Of a DNA stretch of 64,000 nt, positions 49,969 through 57,433 are shown piece after piece. The position numbers and the translations under genes are program-made. Every line of letters begins with the position of its first letter. The stretch's first letter is position 1. The notes under the pieces were generated by a model that worked only from the letters and a program-made list of their open reading frames with translations, made no database searches and was not told the origin of the DNA. Source of the DNA: a virus; the IMG/VR virus record IMGVR_UViG_3300023174_000120, positions 1-64,000 of that record; one strand, given 5' to 3'.

Positions 49969-50268
49969 TTAATTCCCTAACGCCAGTCTTACAGTTTCTT
50001 GTGTAGGTACATAAATTTTTATTCCGGCTACCATGTCAAAAACTGGATCTCGAAGTATGTCTTTATTTCGCACACTGAATATCCACCATAGACCGGGTTC
50101 TTGATACAGATCATAGGCCAATAGATCCGGACGATTTTCATATTCTTTGCCTACTGTGAATAATACATCATTTACTGATTGAGGGATATCTCTAAATACC
50201 TGAACATCTAAATATCCCAATGAATAATCAGTGCTATAATACGGACTGTTGCTATCGTATAATGCCAT
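49969..50268 (-). CDS. gp53: LysM-like baseplate wedge subunit (gp53-like)
   Basis: RPDLLAYDLY...LWWIF..RN. Confidence 0.75.
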   Translation of the reverse strand: MALYDSNSPYYSTDYSLGYLDVQVFRDIPQSVNDVLFTVGKEYENRPDLLAYDLYQEPGLWWIFSVRNKDILRDPVFDMVAGIKIYVPTQETVRLALGN

Positions 50269-51032
50269 TATAGATATCCTCCAGTCCTACCATTTTTTAA
50301 CCAATTTTCAACTGTGAATTTTTGTATTTCATTTCTACTATATACTACCGAACAATTTACCGTGATGGTACAAAATGTAGGAACAGAAGATTGATCAGAA
50401 TTTGTATTTTTATTCAGAGTGAAATAATCTACCGCCTCCGGTAACTCCATTCTAAAAGATTTAATAACTATAGGAGCCTGATCTAAAATTTGTTGTCCAT
50501 AAGCATATAATCTACAAACAGGCGGTGGTGCTCCACTATTGGTTTCGTTGCCTGATCTCATTTTAGTTAATATTCTTAATAGATGTATGGTTGATAATAG
50601 TGTCCTAGCATCTGCTTCATTTTGAACTGTGAATTTTCCTATGATATTAATATCAGTTACAGAACTGTTTTTATAAAAATACTGCGTATAATTACTATGG
50701 GTAGGAGTTACCGCCGCATAATCTGCTTTGTTGTCATATGATATCGAAGGAGTATATGGAAAAATTATTCCTCCTGCATTATATAATGTATAATCTACAC
50801 CAGTATAGATATACTCATTAGGAACCTTAATTCTTACCCGCTTGTCTGCAGATAATGATTTTCCAGAAACACTTTTAATATTAACAGGAGCCTTTGGTAA
50901 ACTAATTCCTTTGACTTTATCAATGAGAGCCTGAGCACCGCGAGTAATGCTTTGAACATTTCTAGCAGCATTGCCTAACGCCTGTCCACCATATTTGTCA
51001 ACAACACCTACAATTTCATCACCGGTAGCCAT
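50268..51032 (-). CDS. tail tube initiator/baseplate protein (gp48/gp54-like)
   Basis: IIFPYTP and GAPPPVCRL.AYG. First gene of the baseplate operon. Confidence 0.6.
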   Translation of the reverse strand: MATGDEIVGVVDKYGGQALGNAARNVQSITRGAQALIDKVKGISLPKAPVNIKSVSGKSLSADKRVRIKVPNEYIYTGVDYTLYNAGGIIFPYTPSISYDNKADYAAVTPTHSNYTQYFYKNSSVTDINIIGKFTVQNEADARTLLSTIHLLRILTKMRSGNETNSGAPPPVCRLYAYGQQILDQAPIVIKSFRMELPEAVDYFTLNKNTNSDQSSVPTFCTITVNCSVVYSRNEIQKFTVENWLKNGRTGGYL

Positions 51033-51051
51033 AAACCACTCCTTTACTGTA

Positions 51052-51057
51052 TATTTA
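51052..51057 (-). promoter_or_regulatory. late promoter box (A)TAAATA
   Basis: The same box recurs upstream of genes at 14545(-), 17774(+), 28709(-), 45767(-), 46238(-), 57380(+), 57401(-), 61295(+) and 61676(+). It resembles T4 TATAAATA. Confidence 0.65.
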
Positions 51058-51093
51058 TTGTTAAATAAACTGCTAACTTAATAACCCGTGATA

Positions 51094-51122
51094 TTGACAT
51101 AAACATATTGTTGTGTTATTAT
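51094..51122 (+). promoter_or_regulatory. sigma70-type promoter
   Basis: TTGACA-17-TATTAT. Confidence 0.7.
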
Positions 51123-51147
51123 AAATCACAAGGAAAATATAAAAAAT

Positions 51148-52065
51148 ATGACGACCGATCTAGGAACAACTACCGGACGAAAAGTAAAATATCTAAATAA
51201 TCGAGACTTACTAACAGAAATTCACAAAAGTAAATGCTCATATTCCAGCTTTGTTAAACCAGAATATCATCAATACGATGTTATTATTTCTAACCTAAAC
51301 GACATTAACGACACAGTGTTAGAAGAAGCCAAAAAAAATCGTGCTAAAAGATTGGGATTAGAAGCATTTAACTTGGCTAGAGCCACCGGTGATAAAAAAA
51401 TTAAACTGGCAGAATGCGTAAAAGATCCTAATACCATTGATAAAATTGATCTTGTTATTCGTATAATGACGTTTGATCATATTCCTATGACTCCGGGCAG
51501 GAAAAAAACAACAAAAACCACTGCCGACGGGCACGAAAAAGTAAACTTCCCTCCATTTCAACATTGGAAATACAACGATCAAGACCAGCTGATCTGTGTT
51601 GGCAAGAGCCATTGGAAAGGTCCAGTTGATACTGGAAAGTTCGAAAAGGATCACGGACGTATTACAGAAGGTCTGGGACGTATGTATATCAAGCTCAGCG
51701 AACGCTATGCCCAACGTAGTAACTGGAGGGGATACACTTACATTGATGAGATGCGAGGACAAGCAATACTACAACTAAGCCAAATCGGTCTACAGTTTGA
51801 TGAAAGCAAAAGTGAAAATCCATTTGCTTACTATACTGCCGCTGTAACTAATTCTTTTACTCGTGTGCTGAATATTGAAAAAAAGAATCAAAATATTCGT
51901 GACGATATGTTGGAAGAACACGGATTAACTCCAAGTTCTACCAGACAACACGCTCACGAATACGCCGAAGAAACTGCTAGACAAGCCGAATTATATAAGA
52001 ATATTCGTATGCCCAAACGCGAGGACAGCATAGAGGAAGAAGAATCGCCAGAAGAGGAAGTATAA
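51148..52065 (+). CDS. gp55: late-transcription sigma factor (gp55-like)
   Basis: YLNNRDLL, NWRGYTYIDEM and FDESKSENPFAYYT. Upstream of gp47/gp46 as in T4. Confidence 0.8.
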   Translation: MTTDLGTTTGRKVKYLNNRDLLTEIHKSKCSYSSFVKPEYHQYDVIISNLNDINDTVLEEAKKNRAKRLGLEAFNLARATGDKKIKLAECVKDPNTIDKIDLVIRIMTFDHIPMTPGRKKTTKTTADGHEKVNFPPFQHWKYNDQDQLICVGKSHWKGPVDTGKFEKDHGRITEGLGRMYIKLSERYAQRSNWRGYTYIDEMRGQAILQLSQIGLQFDESKSENPFAYYTAAVTNSFTRVLNIEKKNQNIRDDMLEEHGLTPSSTRQHAHEYAEETARQAELYKNIRMPKREDSIEEEESPEEEV

Positions 52066-52067
52066 TA

Positions 52068-52097
52068 TTGACTATTAAACTATTACTCTGCTATAAT
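52068..52097 (+). promoter_or_regulatory. sigma70-type promoter
   Basis: TTGACT-18-TATAAT with TG. Confidence 0.65.
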
Positions 52098-52114
52098 AGC
52101 AAAGGAGAGATTTA

Positions 52115-53128
52115 ATGGCATTATTTAAAAAAGTCGCGTGTTTCACAGATCTTCATGTCGGTGCTAAATCAAACAGTGTTGTTCATTTGCAAGACTGCGA
52201 AGATTTTGTAGATTGGTTTATTGAACAAGCCCAAGCGGCAGGTTGTGAAACTGCTATCTTCTTGGGCGACTGGAGTCATAATAGAAACAGTATGAATCTA
52301 TATACTCTAGACACCAGTATTAGGTGTTTAGAGAAACTGGGCGCTGCTTTTGAACAGTTTTTCTGGTTTCCGGGCAATCACGACCTGTTTTATAAAGACA
52401 AACGAGACATTCACAGCAGCATATTTGGCAGACATATCCCCGGAGTAACCGTAGTCGACGGTGTTACAACATTAGACGATGTTACTCTAGTACCGTGGCT
52501 AGTAGGCGATGAATGGAAAACCATGCGGAATATTAAGAGCCGCTATGTGTTTGGGCACTTTGAACTGCCTAAATTCTTTATGAACGCTATGGTACAGATG
52601 CCAGACCACGGAGAATTGCGAGCAGAAGACTTTGTCGGACCTGAATATGTGTTCAGTGGCCACTTCCATAAACGACAAACCAACCAAAATGTTGTGTATA
52701 TTGGCAATGCCTTTCCACATAACTTCTCAGATGCATGGGATGACGAGCGCGGAATGATGACAATGGAGTGGGGTGGCCAACCTGAATATAAGACTTGGCC
52801 TGACGCTCCTAAGTTTAGAACTATCAAACTCAGCGAACTAATCGATCGCAAGGACGAAATCATGCTGAGTAAAATGTATCTGCGTGTTAATCTAGACATT
52901 GATATCAGTTTTGAAGAAGCCAACTACATCAAAGAAACCTTTATTAAAGATTATGACATCAGAGAAATTGGTCTAGTCCAAGATAAAAGCAATTTAGAAG
53001 GCAGTTACGAAGACACACCCGATACTAAATTTGAAAGTATTGACACTATTGTTGCTGAACAACTGGTCAATATTGACAGCGGCCAATTTGATAAAAAAAT
53101 CCTAATGGATATCTACAACGACCTATGA
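52115..53128 (+). CDS. gp47: recombination nuclease subunit (gp47/Mre11/SbcD-like)
   Basis: TDLH, LGD, GNHD, GHF and SGHFH metallophosphoesterase motifs. Confidence 0.93.
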   Translation: MALFKKVACFTDLHVGAKSNSVVHLQDCEDFVDWFIEQAQAAGCETAIFLGDWSHNRNSMNLYTLDTSIRCLEKLGAAFEQFFWFPGNHDLFYKDKRDIHSSIFGRHIPGVTVVDGVTTLDDVTLVPWLVGDEWKTMRNIKSRYVFGHFELPKFFMNAMVQMPDHGELRAEDFVGPEYVFSGHFHKRQTNQNVVYIGNAFPHNFSDAWDDERGMMTMEWGGQPEYKTWPDAPKFRTIKLSELIDRKDEIMLSKMYLRVNLDIDISFEEANYIKETFIKDYDIREIGLVQDKSNLEGSYEDTPDTKFESIDTIVAEQLVNIDSGQFDKKILMDIYNDL

Positions 53129-54915
53129 GCCAATTCCGCATTAAAAACTTAACCGTAAAGAATTTTATGAGCGTGGGTAATCAAACCCAGGCAGTAAACT
53201 TTGATCAAGAATCACTCACACTGGTGCTAGGCAGCAACTTAGACTTAGGTGGGGACGATACCGGATCACGCAACGGTACTGGTAAAACTACAATCATTAA
53301 CGCTCTCAGTTATGCCCTGTACGGACAAGCACTGACTAACATTCGTAAAGAAAACCTAATCAACAAGATCAACGGTAAGAACATGTTGGTTACTGTAGAA
53401 TTTGAAAAAAATGGACTAAACTATCGCATTGAACGAGGTCGTAAACCTAATTTGCTGAGATTATACGTAGATGACCGAGAGATCAGTATGGATAATCAAG
53501 GTGAAGATGAAAGCCAAGGCGACAGTAGAGAAACACAAAAGTCTATTGAACAGATGTTAGACATGACTCATACCATGTTCAAGCATCTGGTTGCGCTGAA
53601 TACCTATACAGAACCATTCTTGGCCATGCGAGCCGCTGACCAAAGAGAAGTAATTGAGCAGTTGTTGGGCATTACATTGCTCAGTGAAAAGGCAGAACTG
53701 CTAAAAACTCGTGTCAAAGAAACTAAAGATTTAATCAGTGCCGAACAATTTCGCATCGAAGCAATTAAATCTGCCAACGAGAATGTTCAGAAAAGCATTG
53801 ACAGTTTAGGAATTAAGAGTTCTGCGTGGGAAAAAAAGAAGAATGAAGAAATAGAAAGACTGGGTGCTGCCATTGTTAGTCTTGAATCGGTAGATATCGA
53901 TGCCGAATTACTGCTTCATGCTACATTAAAGCAGTGGTTAGAAAACTCTAACAGGATTAGAGACCTAAATAAACAAAAGGCTACCTACGAAACCGCAGTG
54001 ACACAGGCTGAAAAAGCAGTTGATAGGTATCGTAAGGCACTAGAATCATTGCTGGATAAAAAATGTCCTGCTTGCGAACAGAATATTCACGATCACAAGC
54101 ACGAAGAAATGACCACAACAGCAACTAAAAATTTAGAAGATGCTGTAGTATATCTTGACACTTGCCAAACCAACTATGATAATGTTCTGCAAGAGTTATC
54201 GGATATAGGCGAGCAAGGACGCAGACCTGAACCTTTCTATGACACCGAAGCAGAAGCACTAGGGCATAAGAACAATTTAGACCAATTGACCAAGTCCTTA
54301 GAGGGCAAGGTATTAGAAATTAATCCCTACGACGAGCAGATCGAAGAATTAAAGAACACCGCTATCCAAGAAATATCTTGGGATACCATTAACGAACTCA
54401 CTAGATTAAAGGATCACCAAGAGTTCCTGCATAAACTGTTAACCAATAAAGATAGCTTCATACGAAAACGTATTATTGATCAGAATTTGTCCTATCTCAA
54501 CAAGCGATTAAGTTATTATATTGATAAACTTGGTCTACCACATACAGTTATATTTCAAAATGACCTCACTGTGGAAATCACGCAGTTAGGACAGGACTTG
54601 GATTTTGATAATTTGTCGCGTGGAGAACGCAATAGATTGATTCTCAGCATGAGTTTTGCCTTCCGCGATGTGTGGGAAGGACTATATCAGCATATCAATC
54701 TGCTGTTTATCGACGAATTAGTTGATGCCGGTATGGACTCAGCAGGGGTAGAAAGTGCCCTGGCGGTTCTAAAAAAGATGGCCAGGGAACGAAATAAGAA
54801 TATATACTTGATCAGTCATAAGGATGAATTGATCGGACGTGTGAATAACGTGCTCAGAGTAATCAAAGAAAATGGATTTACTTCTTATTCCAACAGTTTA
54901 GATTATGTCAACTGA
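53125..54915 (+). CDS. gp46: recombination ATPase subunit (gp46/Rad50/SbcC-like)
   Basis: KNFMS, NGTGKTT, zinc hook CPAC, LSRGE, LFIDE and ISH. Confidence 0.95.
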   Translation: MSQFRIKNLTVKNFMSVGNQTQAVNFDQESLTLVLGSNLDLGGDDTGSRNGTGKTTIINALSYALYGQALTNIRKENLINKINGKNMLVTVEFEKNGLNYRIERGRKPNLLRLYVDDREISMDNQGEDESQGDSRETQKSIEQMLDMTHTMFKHLVALNTYTEPFLAMRAADQREVIEQLLGITLLSEKAELLKTRVKETKDLISAEQFRIEAIKSANENVQKSIDSLGIKSSAWEKKKNEEIERLGAAIVSLESVDIDAELLLHATLKQWLENSNRIRDLNKQKATYETAVTQAEKAVDRYRKALESLLDKKCPACEQNIHDHKHEEMTTTATKNLEDAVVYLDTCQTNYDNVLQELSDIGEQGRRPEPFYDTEAEALGHKNNLDQLTKSLEGKVLEINPYDEQIEELKNTAIQEISWDTINELTRLKDHQEFLHKLLTNKDSFIRKRIIDQNLSYLNKRLSYYIDKLGLPHTVIFQNDLTVEITQLGQDLDFDNLSRGERNRLILSMSFAFRDVWEGLYQHINLLFIDELVDAGMDSAGVESALAVLKKMARERNKNIYLISHKDELIGRVNNVLRVIKENGFTSYSNSLDYVN

Positions 54916-55219
54916 GAAAATTGATCGATATAGAGTTCTGTACTCAGAATATGTAAAGCACTTTGTAACTTTGCATAACTATCATAACGTGTTTATGGAG
55001 AATCGGGGTAAAGATTCTACTGCTCAAGTTAGAACCAGTTTGTATTCAATGATCAAACTTGAAAGAGAAATGGCTCAGTTGGCATTAGAGTGCTTTAAAG
55101 AAAATCAAGAAAACACTAAAGCTCAAAGACAACGTCTCAAAGAGATGAGAGCGAAAGCAAAACCCAGGATCAAACCTGGAGGAAGACCAAAAGGAAGAAA
55201 AAATGGAATCGACAGTTGA
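54905..55219 (+). CDS. hypothetical basic protein
   Basis: Helical, with a C-terminal GRPK (AT-hook-like) tail. Confidence 0.6.
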   Translation: MSTEKIDRYRVLYSEYVKHFVTLHNYHNVFMENRGKDSTAQVRTSLYSMIKLEREMAQLALECFKENQENTKAQRQRLKEMRAKAKPRIKPGGRPKGRKNGIDS

Positions 55220-55400
55220 AAATCTACAGACAGCATTTGATGAGTTTCTCAAAGAAGATGCTAAATTCGCCGGCGGTAACGCTGCTGCTGGCACCCGTGC
55301 TCGTAAGGCATTAGCAGAGATTGGCAAGTTGGTTAAGGCTCGCCGCAATGAGATCACTGCTGAAAAGAACGCTCGTAAAGAGGCCAAGGCAGCAGCATAA
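55203..55400 (+). CDS. histone H1-like Hc1 family DNA-binding protein
   Basis: GNAAAGTRARKAL...KARRNEI signature. Confidence 0.75.
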   Translation: MESTVENLQTAFDEFLKEDAKFAGGNAAAGTRARKALAEIGKLVKARRNEITAEKNARKEAKAAA

Positions 55401-55403
55401 TCA

Positions 55404-55829
55404 ATGACCTGGACCTATCAAGGTACAGTCGTTGAAGAACTTCCAGAAACCTGTGTAGGATTCGTATATCTAATTACGAATTCTATCACAGGCAGGAAAT
55501 ATATTGGCAAAAAATTAGCAAAGTTTAGCAAAACCACATACAAAACAGTAAAACTAAAGAACGGCAACAAAAAGCGAAAGCGTATTAAGGGCAAAATAGA
55601 ATCAGATTGGAAAACTTATTACGGAAGTAATACAGAATTAAATCAAGATGTGGCAAACTTAGGCATTGAAAACTTCACAAGAGAAATACTATACTATTGT
55701 AATAGCAAAGCAGAATGCAGTTACATTGAGGCACGAGAGCAGTTTGAACGTAAAGTTTTAGAAAGTAGAGATTTCTACAATGGTCAAATTGCTGTAAGAG
55801 TACATGGCTCCCACATACTAAAAAAATAG
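55404..55829 (+). CDS. small GIY-YIG nuclease
   Basis: GFVY-x10-YIGKK, YYGS, FTREIL, the conserved Glu and FYN. Catalytic domain only. Confidence 0.88.
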   Translation: MTWTYQGTVVEELPETCVGFVYLITNSITGRKYIGKKLAKFSKTTYKTVKLKNGNKKRKRIKGKIESDWKTYYGSNTELNQDVANLGIENFTREILYYCNSKAECSYIEAREQFERKVLESRDFYNGQIAVRVHGSHILKK

Positions 55830-55849
55830 GCATATCACGCGGTATTAAG

Positions 55850-56275
55850 GCTTGCACTGGCCAACTTCAAGTGCCCTAAACCTGGACAATCGTATCACAG
55901 GGATGGAAACCTCTTGCCGCTGAGAGTTCTCAATCACTACCCGCAAGGATGTAGACAGCCAAGACCTGCTGTTTGATTGTTAGAAAATATTAAAATAGGC
56001 CAAAAGAAGGGAGAAAAACCCTGGGCATACCAATATGTTAGTGTATATTGTTATGCTGCCGTCATATCGAAGACGGGGCTCGAGGTACCGGATGACCGCC
56101 TCTGCAACGCCCTAACACTAAGTGAACATAAGAACTCGGATAATGTTCAATATTCTTCGCCCTATGCGGGCGAAGTGTGACCAATGAATCTGGATAATAT
56201 TAAATCTTCTTCGAAGAAGACCATATGATATGAGCGCTGTGCGCGAAATATCAAGTGAACGCAGTTCACTTCTCA
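55850..56275 (+). ncRNA. candidate large structured non-coding RNA/DNA element
   Basis: At least 12 stems found by eye, a nested multibranch, a GCAA tetraloop and a 7-bp loop-distal pseudoknot. The strand is inferred. Confidence 0.6.
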
Positions 56276-56278
56276 GTA

Positions 56279-56515
56279 TTAAAAGAAAGGAAGACCTGAT
56301 TCTTTAGTTGTTTCTAAGTTCTCACCAATAATACGACTAATAATATCTCTATTTTCGTAATCTAATTGAAAGGCTTGCTCTATGGTTATAGAACCTCTCA
56401 TGTACCAACACAGTCTAAACAATTCTTTCTTTAATGCTTTTGATTCTTTTTCGTGGCTCTCAACTAGTTTGACAATGTCATCATTGGATAATGTTAAGAG
56501 CCTTGAACGAAAAAA
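56279..56515 (-). CDS. gp51-like chaperone extension reached by -1 frameshift (absent from ORF track)
   Basis: A 78-codon -1 frame opens exactly at T TTT TTC and ends ...LCWYMRGSITIEQAF...ENLETTKESGLPFF*. Confidence 0.75.
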   Translation of the reverse strand, partial: FFRSRLLTLSNDDIVKLVESHEKESKALKKELFRLCWYMRGSITIEQAFQLDYENRDIISRIIGENLETTKESGLPFF

Positions 56516-57366
56516 TTACTATTGTCCATGGTTATAGGTAGCTCATATACAGCAGGGGCACCAGCAAGGATCTGTTCTTCAGTTGAGTGAACTGTTAATG
56601 GTAAGATACCCACGGTCTTTTTATTTTTGTTGATAAGATCCTGAATCTTTTGTATAAGACCTGCGTCTGCATTTTGAATAAATTCTCTAATGAAGTTGCG
56701 ATCTTCTACAAAATTATCAGGTGTCTTTATATAGAATACGCTTTCTGCAATCATTTCTACTGTGAGATCGGTTAATTTAGAGATACCCTGATTGAAAAGT
56801 TCTAATTTTTGTTCATCTGTTAGATCAGAACTAGCAACAGACTGAATGGTTTTTTGTGATTCAAATGTTCTAATACTAACATCAGTCATGTGTCTATAGG
56901 ACAAAGGTTTTACACCACAGATAATATCCGGACTAATTTCCACACTGTCAATCCACTGTGTTGTGGATAAAATTTGATCCATTACGGCAGTTAAATCAAT
57001 TTGATGGTCAACCGTTTCATCCGTTCCTGGGACCTGATGAGAAATAGTCATTGTACCGCCATAGGTAGCAATTCTAATGGCAATTAGTATAAGGTCAACA
57101 TCTATTCCTGAACACCTCCACGCATTTTTAATATTGGGCATACAACTTTGAATAACATCGACAATTGCTTGCCCATTCATTAATGCGTCTGGAGTTTTAA
57201 AAGTTAACTCATCTTTGGCTGTCATAGAATATACTGGAAATTCATTGTTCTCCGGTATATCAATGCTGCCTTCCTCCCAAAAGAGACCATTACTTGGCAA
57301 TCTAATATAGATTTTTGGTTGCCTCATGTAGCCAAGTAAAGGGTTTACTTTTGATTGAATCGTCAT
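56494..57366 (-). CDS. baseplate hub/tail assembly chaperone (gp26-like)
   Basis: IRLPS.G, MTAKDEL, D.DLILIAIRIATYG and a C-terminal NFF. Confidence 0.75.
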   Translation of the reverse strand: MTIQSKVNPLLGYMRQPKIYIRLPSNGLFWEEGSIDIPENNEFPVYSMTAKDELTFKTPDALMNGQAIVDVIQSCMPNIKNAWRCSGIDVDLILIAIRIATYGGTMTISHQVPGTDETVDHQIDLTAVMDQILSTTQWIDSVEISPDIICGVKPLSYRHMTDVSIRTFESQKTIQSVASSDLTDEQKLELFNQGISKLTDLTVEMIAESVFYIKTPDNFVEDRNFIREFIQNADAGLIQKIQDLINKNKKTVGILPLTVHSTEEQILAGAPAVYELPITMDNSNFFVQGS

Positions 57367-57372
57367 GTTTTA

Positions 57373-57426
57373 TCTCCAATAAATACATATTAACTAGATA
57401 TATTTATATGAGCATTTTATTGGAGA
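57373..57426. promoter_or_regulatory. divergent late promoters inside an 11-bp inverted repeat carrying both SDs
   Basis: TCTCCAATAAA (57373-83) and TTTATTGGAGA (57416-26). TAAATA at 57380(+) and 57401(-). Confidence 0.6.
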
Positions 57427-57433
57427 AAACTAA

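Noticed and set aside
55977-56180. 67-aa ORF inside the structured region
   Set aside because: TTG start, no SD and no motif. Base pairing explains the sequence better.
55404-56275. GIY-YIG plus structure as a group I intron with homing endonuclease
   Set aside because: No interrupted host gene flanks it, and I could not find the P7/J8-7 consensus by eye. A covariance-model search is still needed.
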